A stretch of 64,000 bases of DNA from an uncultured Verrucomicrobiae bacterium (lineage in GTDB: Bacteria; Verrucomicrobiota; Verrucomicrobiia; Chthoniobacterales; Terrimicrobiaceae): NCBI GenBank assembly GCA_963706955.1, contig CAVPOC010000001.1, forward strand, positions 160,001-224,000, read 5' to 3'. Below are positions 9,946 to 19,684 of this stretch, one piece after another. The notes beneath the pieces were generated by a model, which was not told the origin of the DNA, did no database searches, and saw only the letters and a program-made list of their open reading frames with translations. How positions within the stretch are numbered: the stretch's first letter is position 1; the number at the start of each line of letters is the position of its first letter. A program made the position numbers and the translations under genes.

Positions 9946-11790
9946 ATGACTTATCGGACGATAGATTGCGGCGCTCTGCGCAGATCGGATTCGGGGACGC
10001 CGGCCGTTCTTTGCGGCTGGGTTGATTCCCGCCGTGATCACGGCGGTGTGATATTCATCGATCTCCGCGACCGTAACGGGATTACGCAGGTGGTTTTTCG
10101 TCCTGAGGAACACCCAGAGGCCGCTACCGTCGCGCATGGACTTCGCCCTGAGGACGTCATTCAGGTCAAAGGGATAGTTGCTCCGCGACTGCCGGGAACC
10201 GAAAATCCCAAGCTCGCGACAGGCGAAGTCGAAGTGGTCGCCGATACGCTCAAGATCTTTAACCGCGCGGAGGTTTTGCCGTTTCCATTGAGCGAAGATG
10301 CGGTCAGCGAGGACCTTCGCCTTGAATATCGCTACCTGGATCTTCGGCGCGAGCAGATGGTTCGAAATCTCACGATACGCCATAAGGTGAACAAGGCGAC
10401 GCGCGACTACTTCGACGCACGAGATTTCATCGAGATTGAAACGCCCGTTCTTTCCAAGAGTACTCCGGAAGGAGCCAGGGAATTCCTGGTGCCCAGCCGA
10501 ATTTTCCAAGGGAAGTTCTACGCACTCTCTCAGTCTCCGCAACAATACAAGCAGCTGCTGATGGTCGGCGGAGTGGAGCGCTATTTTCAAATTGCCAAGT
10601 GCTTCCGCGACGAAGATCCGCGTGCAGATCGAATCACCGAATTAACCCAGATCGACGTGGAAGTTTCCTTCGTGACCGAGGAGGAAATTTTCGAGCTCAT
10701 TGAGGGTCTGCTGGCACAGATCTTTCTCGTTGTTCGTGGCGTGGAGGTTCCACGTCCGTTTCATCGGATGACGTATCACGAGGCGATGGACGCTTACGGG
10801 GTTGATAAGCCCGATCGCCGCTTTGGCATCGAACTGGTCGCTCTCGACGATGTCTTTCGTGACAGCCAATTCAAAGTATTTCGGGCGGCGCTTGAGTCCG
10901 GCGGGGTCGTCAAGGCGATCAATGCGAAAGGTCTAGCCGCGATCACAACCGGCCAAATGGAAAATCTCACCGAGATCGCCCGCCAGTCGGGTGCGCGGGG
11001 ACTTGCTTTTATCAAGGTTGAAAATGGCGAATGGAAATCACCGATCGTGAAGTTCTTTTCCGAAGCGGAGAAGAGCGCGCTGGCCGCCCGCCTCAGAATC
11101 GAAGAGGGCGACCTCATCTTGTTTGGTGCAGACGAATGGGAGGTAGCTTGCACCGTTCTTGGCCGGATTCGGCTGCGGGTTGCCGAGATGTTGGGCCTCA
11201 ACAAGAACTCGAGCGCTCTCGAATTCTTGTGGGTGGTCAACTTTCCTCTGCTGACTTACAGCGATGAGGAACAGAAGTGGACCGCGGTTCATCACCCGTT
11301 CACGCGACCGCGAAGCGAAGATATTCCTTTGTTGGAGGCCGGCGAATTCGGCAAAGTTCGCGCTCAGGCCTATGATGTCGTCCTCAATGGTGTGGAGATC
11401 GGGGGTGGTAGCATTCGGATTCATGAGCGCGAGCTGCAGGCAAAAATGTTCGAAGTGCTCGGCATCCCGCCCGACAAGCAAGATCTGCTTTTTCCTCACC
11501 TCCTCAAGGCTTTCAAATTTGGCGCCCCTCCTCACGGTGGGATTGCTCTCGGGGTGGATCGCCTCGTCATGCTGGTGGTGGGAACTGACAATATTCGTGA
11601 CGTCGTCGCCTTTCCCAAGAACAACCGGGGAGAAGATTTGATGATGAGTGCGCCGAGCAATGCAGAGGCCCGACAACTTCGCGAGCTTGGTCTTCAGATT
11701 GCCAAGAAGAACCTAAGGCGATTTCAGGCGTTTGTCGGTTTGCAAATTTGCGTCGGGCGGGATACATCAGCTCCATGGTTTCACGCATAG
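9946..11790 (+). CDS. aspS: Aspartate--tRNA(Asp/Asn) ligase; true stop may be near 11716
   Basis: RRDHGG, QSPQQYKQ, CFRDED, PPHGGIALG motifs. Confidence 0.95.
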   Translation: MTYRTIDCGALRRSDSGTPAVLCGWVDSRRDHGGVIFIDLRDRNGITQVVFRPEEHPEAATVAHGLRPEDVIQVKGIVAPRLPGTENPKLATGEVEVVADTLKIFNRAEVLPFPLSEDAVSEDLRLEYRYLDLRREQMVRNLTIRHKVNKATRDYFDARDFIEIETPVLSKSTPEGAREFLVPSRIFQGKFYALSQSPQQYKQLLMVGGVERYFQIAKCFRDEDPRADRITELTQIDVEVSFVTEEEIFELIEGLLAQIFLVVRGVEVPRPFHRMTYHEAMDAYGVDKPDRRFGIELVALDDVFRDSQFKVFRAALESGGVVKAINAKGLAAITTGQMENLTEIARQSGARGLAFIKVENGEWKSPIVKFFSEAEKSALAARLRIEEGDLILFGADEWEVACTVLGRIRLRVAEMLGLNKNSSALEFLWVVNFPLLTYSDEEQKWTAVHHPFTRPRSEDIPLLEAGEFGKVRAQAYDVVLNGVEIGGGSIRIHERELQAKMFEVLGIPPDKQDLLFPHLLKAFKFGAPPHGGIALGVDRLVMLVVGTDNIRDVVAFPKNNRGEDLMMSAPSNAEARQLRELGLQIAKKNLRRFQAFVGLQICVGRDTSAPWFHA

Positions 11791-12386
11791 TGCTGTTCTG
11801 CTTGGTCGGGATGGTCGTTTTTTCTGATCTGCGAGCCGGTCTTCTTGACGAGGTCCCCAAGAATAATCGCGATGAACTCGCTAGCGGCCAAGTCGTTGTG
11901 TTGAGCGAAAACGTTCAGGGCGTGCCTTGGCCCAGGCTCAAACTCTACCAGGTCGTCAATGCGCCGCCAAAAGTTGTCGCGGACCTTTTTACCGATTATG
12001 CCGCCGCACCCGATTACACCCCTGGTATGCTGGCAGCAAAGGTAATTGCGACCAATCCCGACGGGACTAAGGATGTGGAATACAAGGTTAAGATGCCGGT
12101 GGTCCAAAGCATTACCTACGTGGTCCGAAACGCCTACATTCAAAAGGGGAACTCGTATGAGGTCAGATGGAATTTGCTCCGCTCGCCGTTGGCGAAATCG
12201 AGCGACGGTTCCCTCCGGATTGAACCTTACGGAAAGGGCCAGACGCTGATGTGCTATACAAATCTCGTTGTCCCGATCACGAATCTGGTTGCGGGCCTGA
12301 AGAATCAGGCTCTGAACGAGGCCAAGACGACTGTTCGCGCCATTAAAGCGGAGGCCGAACGACGGGCCGCCGGAAAAGAAGCTTAA
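11775..12386 (+). CDS. Exported START/SRPBCC-family protein
   Basis: Signal peptide; VNAPPKVVADLFTDY pattern with C-terminal helix. Confidence 0.6.
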   Translation: MVSRIVLFCLVGMVVFSDLRAGLLDEVPKNNRDELASGQVVVLSENVQGVPWPRLKLYQVVNAPPKVVADLFTDYAAAPDYTPGMLAAKVIATNPDGTKDVEYKVKMPVVQSITYVVRNAYIQKGNSYEVRWNLLRSPLAKSSDGSLRIEPYGKGQTLMCYTNLVVPITNLVAGLKNQALNEAKTTVRAIKAEAERRAAGKEA

Positions 12387-12398
12387 TTCCTCGAATCT

Positions 12399-13736
12399 AT
12401 GAAGCCCTCCTTCTCTCCTTTTCGTGAAAAGATGCAGTCAGCAGGTCTGAGCGAAGCGGCGATTGCGGCATTTGAACGCTCCTTCAGCCTGCTGGCACGC
12501 AATGAAAGCGGCTTGATTCCTGAAAGCTCGATCCATCCGATTGAAGAGCTGCCCACCTATGAGCAGATCTCGCAGGAGAAGGGAGATCGCGAAGTGCTTG
12601 CCAAGGCCGTTATGCTCAAGCTCAACGGCGGCCTGGGAACCGGCATGGGATTGGAAAAGGCGAAATCCCTCTTGCCGGTGCGCAACGAGAATACTTTCCT
12701 CGACTTGATCGTCCGCCAGGTGCTTGCCGCCCGAAAGGAGACCGGCGCGAATGTGCGCTTCTTGCTGATGAATAGTTTCAGCACGAGCGACGACACTCGC
12801 GCCCATCTGGCTCGCTATTCGGAACTCGGCGATCCAGCCAGCCTCGAGCTCCTCCAGAACAAAGTTCCAAAGATCACTGTGGATACGCTGGCTCCCGTTG
12901 AGTGGCCGTCCGATCCGGATTTTGAATGGTGTCCCCCCGGGCATGGAGATCTCTATGCGGCCATCCTCGGGTCGGGGATGCTCGATCGCTTGATCAAGGA
13001 AGGATATCTCTACCTGTTCGTGAGCAACTCCGACAACCTTGGTGCGACCATGGACCCCGCGCTTCTGAACTGGTTCGCGAGCTCTGACATGCCCTTCTTG
13101 ATGGAAGTCACCGCGCGAACGGGTGCGGACCGTAAAGGCGGCCATCTTGCCAAGCGGGCGAGCGATGGCCAACTCCTGTTGCGCGAATCCGCGCAATGCT
13201 CGGACGAAGACATGGGAGCTTTTCAGGACATCGATCGCCATCGCTACTTCAACACCAACAATCTTTGGCTGCGGCTCGATCGCTTGGCGGAGGCGCTTGA
13301 CCGCAATGGCGGTCTCCTGCCCTTGCCGATGATCCGGAACAAGAAAACGGTGGATCCGCGCGATAAGAAGTCGCCTCCGGTCTATCAACTCGAGACTGCC
13401 ATGGGCGCCGCCATCGAGTGTTTTCCCGGAGCAGGCGCCGTTGTTGTTCCGCGGACGCGCTTTGCGCCTGTTAAAACAACGGCCGATCTTCTCGCGCTTC
13501 GCTCGGATGCCTATGTTATCACCGATGACGGCAGGGCGATGCTTGCGCCCGAGCGGAAAGGAATTCCGCCGGAAATCGAGCTTGATGGTGACCACTTCAA
13601 GCTCGTTGATCAATTGGACGCCGCTCTAGCTGATGGGGTGCCTTCGCTGCTCCACTGCCGTAAACTGACGGTGCGCGGCCCGGTGCGTTTCGCTGCTTCC
13701 GATCGCTTTGAGGGCGACGTCGAGATCGAGGCGTAA
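12399..13736 (+). CDS. UTP--glucose-1-phosphate uridylyltransferase (eukaryote/UGP1-type)
   Basis: KLNGGLGTGMG, WCPPGHGD, SNSDNLG, FNTNN, QLETAMG, RFAPVK motifs. Confidence 0.92.
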   Translation: MKPSFSPFREKMQSAGLSEAAIAAFERSFSLLARNESGLIPESSIHPIEELPTYEQISQEKGDREVLAKAVMLKLNGGLGTGMGLEKAKSLLPVRNENTFLDLIVRQVLAARKETGANVRFLLMNSFSTSDDTRAHLARYSELGDPASLELLQNKVPKITVDTLAPVEWPSDPDFEWCPPGHGDLYAAILGSGMLDRLIKEGYLYLFVSNSDNLGATMDPALLNWFASSDMPFLMEVTARTGADRKGGHLAKRASDGQLLLRESAQCSDEDMGAFQDIDRHRYFNTNNLWLRLDRLAEALDRNGGLLPLPMIRNKKTVDPRDKKSPPVYQLETAMGAAIECFPGAGAVVVPRTRFAPVKTTADLLALRSDAYVITDDGRAMLAPERKGIPPEIELDGDHFKLVDQLDAALADGVPSLLHCRKLTVRGPVRFAASDRFEGDVEIEA

Positions 13737-13738
13737 CT

Positions 13739-13763
13739 GTCGCGGCGGTGTCCCCGCCGCCGA
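13739..13763 (+). repeat. REP family A single copy (GTCGCGGCGGTGTCCCCGCCGCCGA)
   Basis: Matches the left arm of the elements at 22705 and 25271; lies just after a stop codon. Confidence 0.65.
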
Positions 13764-13880
13764 AAGGCCCAAGCCTCGACTGTGAGTACACTTTCCACAG
13801 TACTCCTTCGCGAGCCCTGCTCCAGGCCACGAGTAGAAAACTGGCTGCGCGCTTGTGGGTGAAACGGCTCGCCAATCGAC

Positions 13881-13905
13881 AAACGCTCGGCCAAACGCCT
13901 CCACA
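13881..13905 (-). repeat. REP-like family B degenerate copy
   Basis: Reverse complement TGTGGAGGCGTTTGGCCGAGCGTTT resembles 3566-3590. Confidence 0.5.
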
Positions 13906-13948
13906 AATATTTCCATTCACTGGAGAAGGGCGCGTTCCTTACGACGAC

Positions 13949-14617
13949 TCAGCTCATCGGTTCGGAGACGCGAACTCCGGCCGGCGGCTGAAAGCGGAAG
14001 TCCTCCGGTGACAGCTTTACCTTTCGCTCACCGGAAAAGATGATTGTAGTTCGGTCTCCTTCGGCGCCAGAGATCTCCACGCGCTTTGCGTAGAGCTGAT
14101 CGGAGATATCGACCTGGATTTCGGTGACCGCTTTGCGCAGGCTGGAGGTCTTTGGATGGAGCTTCATCCTATAGCCGTCAGCGATTTGCCAGGCTTGGAC
14201 TCGGTAGTTTTTGCCGAGGTCTTGAAGCCCAAAGCCCGAGGTCATAGCCGCAATTGACTCCCGCAGCGGGCGATTGGACGAAAGCGCGTATTTTTCGACT
14301 TCACGAAATTGGGGATAGAAGATCCAAAGTGTATCGCCGTTGCAAACCGTCAAGCTGCCGCCGTTAACCTCCCGTCGAAACATGTTTGGAGGAAGAAAGG
14401 ATACGATGCCGGTCTCGATGACCGGCTTTTCCATCAGAGCGAGACGGCGTTCTTCCCGGAAATTCGCCTGCATGCCTGAGCCGCCTCGGCTGTCTCCCAG
14501 ACGCGCGAGGAGCGCCTCCACGTCTTTTGAAGGGAGTTCTTGCGATTGGAGAACGGAGACGGCGCTCAGCAGCAGCAGCAACTGCCTCAAAGGCCAACCG
14601 GGACAAATTGATACCAT
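13949..14617 (-). CDS. LolA-like periplasmic carrier protein
   Basis: Signal peptide, ANFREER, GIVSFLPPNMFRR, NGDTLWIF, FQPPAGV motifs. Confidence 0.8.
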   Translation of the reverse strand: MVSICPGWPLRQLLLLLSAVSVLQSQELPSKDVEALLARLGDSRGGSGMQANFREERRLALMEKPVIETGIVSFLPPNMFRREVNGGSLTVCNGDTLWIFYPQFREVEKYALSSNRPLRESIAAMTSGFGLQDLGKNYRVQAWQIADGYRMKLHPKTSSLRKAVTEIQVDISDQLYAKRVEISGAEGDRTTIIFSGERKVKLSPEDFRFQPPAGVRVSEPMS

Positions 14618-15507
14618 TGCAGTGGCGCGCGCTGGATCTCCTCGAAGAGCGCCGTTCCAAGAGCGCGGGTGCAGCGCGCGATCTCAGCATTGCGCTCGTT
14701 ATGAGGAACACGGTGCGCTGCGACGGCAGGTTTGGCGGTAATTCGATAGCCTCCATTCGACAGGAGGGTGACAACGACAGGTAGAATCTTGCATCCAGTC
14801 ATCCACGAGAGTAGCGCGGGCGAGGAGGAAAGCATGGTTCGGCCATTGGGCAGATCGAACGGGACGCCTCGCTCTGAGATCGGCCGATCTGCGAGCATCG
14901 CCATGCAATGACCCTCGTCGATCGCTCTGGCGACTTGAAGCGAAGAGAACGGGTCTGTGCCGACGGCAATGGTTTCCGTGCCCCAGCGTCGTCTCCAGGC
15001 AGCTCGCCACGAGGTGAGATCATCGGACGGTTCGCGAAGTGTGGCGATGGTAACCTTCTTACCCATTTGACCGAGGACGACAGCGCCAAACTCAAAGAAG
15101 CTGAAATGGCCGGTAGCGACGATCACGCCCTCACCCGAAGAAGTGGCCGCCTGAAGATGTTCGATCCCTTCGTGTTCGGCACAAAGGGAGAGTGCCTCGC
15201 TGGTCGGAAGCGCTCCCACCGCGACATAGTCCGCGATGGTTGCGCCAAAATTTACAAAGACCGAGACGGCGTCTTTTTCGGAGAAAGGCTCCTTGCGCAA
15301 GAGCGCGAGGTTGTCGCGGACAATCCTGCGAATGGCGGGCTGCGTCACGGCGTAGGTCCAGGCAACTGTTCGGCTGAGGGCTTGGGCACCCGGCCTGCGA
15401 AAGAAGGGATAGATTCTGGTGGCCAGCGCGAAGATGTTCGCCGAGTAAAGCTTTCGGTAGGCCCAGCGCTCCGTATGCGGTTTTTCGGCGGATAAAGGCG
15501 CGTGCAT
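14587..15507 (-). CDS. Lipid A/LpxL-like lysophospholipid acyltransferase
   Basis: VATGHFSFFE (HxxxxE), MLADR and PLQWYQF motifs. Confidence 0.8.
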   Translation of the reverse strand: MHAPLSAEKPHTERWAYRKLYSANIFALATRIYPFFRRPGAQALSRTVAWTYAVTQPAIRRIVRDNLALLRKEPFSEKDAVSVFVNFGATIADYVAVGALPTSEALSLCAEHEGIEHLQAATSSGEGVIVATGHFSFFEFGAVVLGQMGKKVTIATLREPSDDLTSWRAAWRRRWGTETIAVGTDPFSSLQVARAIDEGHCMAMLADRPISERGVPFDLPNGRTMLSSSPALLSWMTGCKILPVVVTLLSNGGYRITAKPAVAAHRVPHNERNAEIARCTRALGTALFEEIQRAPLQWYQFVPVGL

Positions 15508-16256
15508 TAACGAAGGGCGTTCGCGGGCGGAATGACCGTACGATATCCCGCTTCACCCAGTTTTTCCAGAATTCGGCATACCGTTACGACCGCGTGTCGT
15601 GATCGTCCGTTCTCATGCATAAGGATAATCGCACCGGGGAAGATCGCGCGCATAATCCTGGTCGCAATGGCGGTCGGAGCTGCAGGACATCCATCGCACC
15701 CGTCGGCAGACCATCCCGTTACTCTTAGCCCAAGCTCAGACGCAATGGGATGAACCGAAAGGTTATTCATGCCGACGGGAGATCGAAAATACCGCGGCGG
15801 TCGTCCAGTTGCGCGAAGGATTGTCTCAAAGCCCTCCTCGATCTCGCGTCGCACCCATGGCCGTGGCATCACCCACCACCACCCCGCTGGATGTGATTGG
15901 GTGTGATTCTCGAGTGTGTGACCTTCGGCAAGGATTCGCGTGCAGAGCGATGGGTTCGCGGCGATCTTTCGACCGATCCCAAAGAAGGTTGCTTTGGCAT
16001 TGTGTCTGCCGAGCACGTCCAGAATATCGGAGGTAGTGCTGCCCGGTCCGTCATCAATGGTCAGCCAAACAGCGCGCTCCTGCGTATCAAAGTGCGTGAG
16101 AACTTTGCCGTGCCAGGTGCAATTTCTTCGCAAAGTGGGATAGAGCCAGAGAAAGTCATGGACCGCCCACGCGATGGCGCGGAGCCGTCCCCGCCTCGCC
16201 AGGACCCCAGCAATCGCCGCAAGCCGGCCGGCTAGGACAAGGTGTCGTGTTTCCAT
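15507..16256 (-). CDS. Polysaccharide deacetylase (CE4)
   Basis: LTIDDGP, ENHTQSH, YFRSPVG, IILMHE motifs. Confidence 0.88.
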   Translation of the reverse strand: METRHLVLAGRLAAIAGVLARRGRLRAIAWAVHDFLWLYPTLRRNCTWHGKVLTHFDTQERAVWLTIDDGPGSTTSDILDVLGRHNAKATFFGIGRKIAANPSLCTRILAEGHTLENHTQSHPAGWWWVMPRPWVRREIEEGFETILRATGRPPRYFRSPVGMNNLSVHPIASELGLRVTGWSADGCDGCPAAPTAIATRIMRAIFPGAIILMHENGRSRHAVVTVCRILEKLGEAGYRTVIPPANALR

Positions 16257-17020
16257 TGGTGTCTCAATCTCCAAACCGACCAAAGCTGCGTGAGCATTAG
16301 AAGACACAACCGTGTGTGTGTTCCTGCAAGCAGCAAGTTGTCACGAAGGTACTGGAAATGGCTGACTCCACCAAGCTCGCGCGCCGGGTAATGCACCGGC
16401 GCCAATTCATTAATCGGGCGAACGCCTGCCCAAAAGAGCCTCACGGCCAGCTCCGTGTCAAAGTCGAAGCGCCGAGCTGTCTTGATCGACTCCATGATCG
16501 TGACCGTCGGTGCCAGCGGGTAAACTCGAAACCCGAAAAGCGAATCGCGCACGCCGCCCCAGAGCGTCTCAAGATTGGCAAACCAATTGCCGACCCGGCG
16601 TCCCTCCACACGTTCGGAAGGAGCGTCCGGTCCAAAGATCGGGACACCGAGGATCATCGCTTCAGGATGGTCGATGGACATTCTCATGAAGCGGGCGATG
16701 TGGTCGGCGGAATGCTGGCCATCGGCATCCATGAGAAGTGCATGCGAGAATCCCGCCTCCAGGGCTGCTTTCATCGCCACGAGAGCCGCGCCACCTTTGC
16801 CATGATTTTGTGGCAGTGAGAAGAGACGCAACTCGCTCTGATCTCGTTGTAGAGCGTGCGCTTCGGCCACACTCGAATCGGTGCTGCCATCCAGGACGAC
16901 CCAGACCGGCTTCCACTTGTCAAGCACAGTGAGGATGGTTTGCCTTAGCAAATGACCGCTATTGTAACTGGGCAGGATAACCAGATGCGAACGGCCGCCG
17001 AGCGCAGGCGGGGGACTCAA
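16232..17020 (-). CDS. Glycosyltransferase family 2
   Basis: ILPSYN, DGSTD, NHGKG, MDADGQH, RFDFDTE motifs. Confidence 0.9.
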   Translation of the reverse strand: MSPPPALGGRSHLVILPSYNSGHLLRQTILTVLDKWKPVWVVLDGSTDSSVAEAHALQRDQSELRLFSLPQNHGKGGAALVAMKAALEAGFSHALLMDADGQHSADHIARFMRMSIDHPEAMILGVPIFGPDAPSERVEGRRVGNWFANLETLWGGVRDSLFGFRVYPLAPTVTIMESIKTARRFDFDTELAVRLFWAGVRPINELAPVHYPARELGGVSHFQYLRDNLLLAGTHTRLCLLMLTQLWSVWRLRHQWKHDTLS

Positions 17021-17844
17021 GAGCGCCGGACCAGGCGAATGTCTTCGCCCGTATTTTCAAGGTGCTCGCGAAAGTAACGCTCGAGCCTTGCCGAGAGTTG
17101 CTGGGCACTTTCTTCTGGAGCAGCGCGAAAAAGTTCCCCGAGATGCAGTCGAAATCGGAACGGGGGGCGCGCTAAAGATAATAGCGGAAGGTCCTTTGAA
17201 AGATAACGTCCCTCACGTTCAATGAAGACGGTTTGAATCGGCGCACCCGTTTTCTTGGCAATCAAGGCGAAGCCATGCTTGAAAGAATTAATGGCCTGAG
17301 CCACCGTGCGAGTGCCCTCTGGAAAGATTAGCAAATTTTCGCCTGCCCGGATCTTTTCGATGCCCTGGCGGATGAGAATGGGTCCCTTATCGTTGGGAAC
17401 AAAGCCGGCCAGTCGGGCAGCGCCGCCGAGAAATGGACTTTCGATCAAGTTAGCGCGCATGATGCAAACGGTATTCGGAACAATCGAAAGCAAGATGACC
17501 GCATCGATGAGACTCGGATGATTCGGGGCGAGCACCGTTGCCCGTAGGTTTCGGAGCTTGTCGGCGTCAGGAAAGCTAATGTCGAATACCCCGATCCGGG
17601 AGGAGACCTGCAGCCATCCCTTGAACAAGCCGCGGATCAAGCGCTGGCCGAATGCCGGCGGAATCTGGTTGCCGAAACCGCGCGATAGTAGCGCGCAGAT
17701 TGGGCTTACGATAAGACCGATCGCGAAAAAGGAGAACAAACTGGAGATTTGCTTCAGATATTGCCAGCACGCTGGCAGCGAAAAAGATCGCGCAGAAAGA
17801 TGGTCTGCGGCGGGAGCAGGCGACTCGGCTCGCGCGGATGGCAT
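17017..17844 (-). CDS. PlsC-like acyltransferase
   Basis: NHPSLID and FPEGTRT motifs. Confidence 0.88.
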   Translation of the reverse strand: MPSARAESPAPAADHLSARSFSLPACWQYLKQISSLFSFFAIGLIVSPICALLSRGFGNQIPPAFGQRLIRGLFKGWLQVSSRIGVFDISFPDADKLRNLRATVLAPNHPSLIDAVILLSIVPNTVCIMRANLIESPFLGGAARLAGFVPNDKGPILIRQGIEKIRAGENLLIFPEGTRTVAQAINSFKHGFALIAKKTGAPIQTVFIEREGRYLSKDLPLLSLARPPFRFRLHLGELFRAAPEESAQQLSARLERYFREHLENTGEDIRLVRRS

Positions 17845-17975
17845 GGAAGAACTCTAACGGAAACTCTGGTGGAAAAAAGCCAAGAGATGACGGAAACGGC
17901 CAACTATTCGCCAGGCTCTTTGAGGACAAACAGCTGGGTTCGCCGGCAACACTTCGCTACAAGCGATGTTTCGCG

Positions 17976-18953
17976 ATGCTCCCGATGAAGAAATGGACTC
18001 CGATTTTTTTGCAGTCGCTTGTCAGCATAGCGTTGCTGGTCTGGATCTTCTGGAAAGAGGATTTTCGCACGCGGACTTGGCAGATATTGACATCCGCAGA
18101 TCCTGGCTGGTTGATGGCGGGCTTCCTGGTGGCTGGCGCGGGTAATCTGATCAGCGTCGTCCGGTGGGGTATTTTTCTTCGCGTCCTCGGGATTTCCATC
18201 AGCCCTTGGGATACTCTTCGTCTTAGTTTTGTTGGCCTCTTTTTCAACACCTTTCTGGTTGGTGCGGTCGGTGGTGACGCAGTCAAGGTCGTTTGGCTGG
18301 TCGCGAAAGGTCAACCGAAAACGGCGGCTTTGCTATCGGTGCTGATGGATCGAATGAGCGGCTTTGGCGCGCTGATTCTCTGCTCCGCGGTTTTCATCAT
18401 TTGGCGATTGGACTGGCTGATGCGCAGCACGCTCGTTGCCGGCCTTATCAAGGGCGTCTTCGCTTATCTTCTCTTGGTTGTGCTTTTGCTCGGAGTTTCT
18501 TTTCTGTTGAGTGCACGCGGGCTCACCAGTCGGTTACCGCCGCGTTTTCCGCTCCGCAAAATTATCATCGAATTCACCGAGACTTATCTTCAGTTTGTCA
18601 TCGCTTGGCGGCAGACGTTGGTGGCGTCCTTGCTTTCGATCCTGGTGCTGCTGGCATACTTTGCGACCTTCTACTTAAGTGGGCGAGCGTTTGGGCTTCA
18701 GGTCCCCATGGTGGCGTTCTTTGCCTTGATGCCAGCGGTCGACATCATCTCAGCGCTTCCGATCAGCCTGGGGGGATTTGGCGTGCGCGAACAATTGTTT
18801 GTGACCCTGTTGGGAGACCTGTGGGGAGTTCCGGCGGCGCAGGCGGTCTCGATTTCCCTGGGAGGCGCCTTCCTCTCGATGCTGTGGGGGCTTTTTGGAT
18901 TGTTGGTGCTCCCGGCCTATCATCAAGCCGCCGGTCGGATGGTCCGACGATGA
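17976..18953 (+). CDS. Lysylphosphatidylglycerol-synthase TM-domain/UPF0104 flippase-like protein
   Basis: RW...L, FFNTFL..AVGGD, MDRMSG, PISLGGFGVRE motifs. Confidence 0.85.
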   Translation: MLPMKKWTPIFLQSLVSIALLVWIFWKEDFRTRTWQILTSADPGWLMAGFLVAGAGNLISVVRWGIFLRVLGISISPWDTLRLSFVGLFFNTFLVGAVGGDAVKVVWLVAKGQPKTAALLSVLMDRMSGFGALILCSAVFIIWRLDWLMRSTLVAGLIKGVFAYLLLVVLLLGVSFLLSARGLTSRLPPRFPLRKIIIEFTETYLQFVIAWRQTLVASLLSILVLLAYFATFYLSGRAFGLQVPMVAFFALMPAVDIISALPISLGGFGVREQLFVTLLGDLWGVPAAQAVSISLGGAFLSMLWGLFGLLVLPAYHQAAGRMVRR

Positions 18954-19594
18954 GCTCGTTGGTTCGACAGGCCGCCGGCCTCTACAAGCGCTGGCCGCGG
19001 CTCTACTACTACGCGATCGGCAAGATCACGCTAGACCCAGCCTACCCGGCGGTGGCGAAAGCTCTGGGCAAGTCGACACTTCCCTTGCTCGATCTCGGGT
19101 GCGGCATGGGCCTCCTCGCCGCTTATCTGCGCGCCAGCGGACATTGCGCTCCGCTTGTCGGCTGGGACCTCGACGAGGAAAAAATCGAGATTGCCAAGGC
19201 GGTTCTTTCGGGAAGCCAGGAGAGCTTTCGCGCAGGGAATGCCATCAACTTTTCTGAGCACTGCGGGAATGTCGTCATGCTCGATGTGCTGCATTATTTC
19301 AGCGATAACGATCAACAACGACTGCTCCGGAGAATCGCGGCGAGCATCGCTCCGCAGGGAGTCGCTTTGATCCGGCTCGCGTTGAACGAGCCGAATTGGC
19401 GCTTCGCCGCGACCAAGGCCGAGGAATGGTTTGTCCATTTTACCCGATGGATTCCGGTGCAAGGGAAAAATTTTCCGACTCGCGATGAAGTCTCGCTTCC
19501 TTTCAGAGAAGATGGTTTTCAAATCGAGGTCCGACCGATGTGGGGCTGGACTCCCTTCAACAGTCACTTGTTTACGATTCGGCGCAAAATCTAA
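18950..19594 (+). CDS. Class I SAM-dependent methyltransferase
   Basis: LLDLGCGMG and MLDVLHY motifs; ATGA overlap with the upstream gene. Confidence 0.85.
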   Translation: MSSLVRQAAGLYKRWPRLYYYAIGKITLDPAYPAVAKALGKSTLPLLDLGCGMGLLAAYLRASGHCAPLVGWDLDEEKIEIAKAVLSGSQESFRAGNAINFSEHCGNVVMLDVLHYFSDNDQQRLLRRIAASIAPQGVALIRLALNEPNWRFAATKAEEWFVHFTRWIPVQGKNFPTRDEVSLPFREDGFQIEVRPMWGWTPFNSHLFTIRRKI

Positions 19595-19684
19595 GCTCGA
19601 GTGTGGGAGCTGCCTGTGATTCAAAAATAACCTTTCCGGAGCAGGCGCTTCGGTCTATTCGTTCGGAAGGGAGGTAAGCTTGAG

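Noticed and set aside
12438..13613. 391-aa antisense ORF over the UGPase, and many similar shadow ORFs
   Set aside because: Expected from GC-rich codon bias opposite real genes; no recognisable motifs.
18293..18949. Long N-terminal extension of the methyltransferase ORF
   Set aside because: Overlaps the flippase-like gene; the ATGA-coupled start at 18950 fits better.
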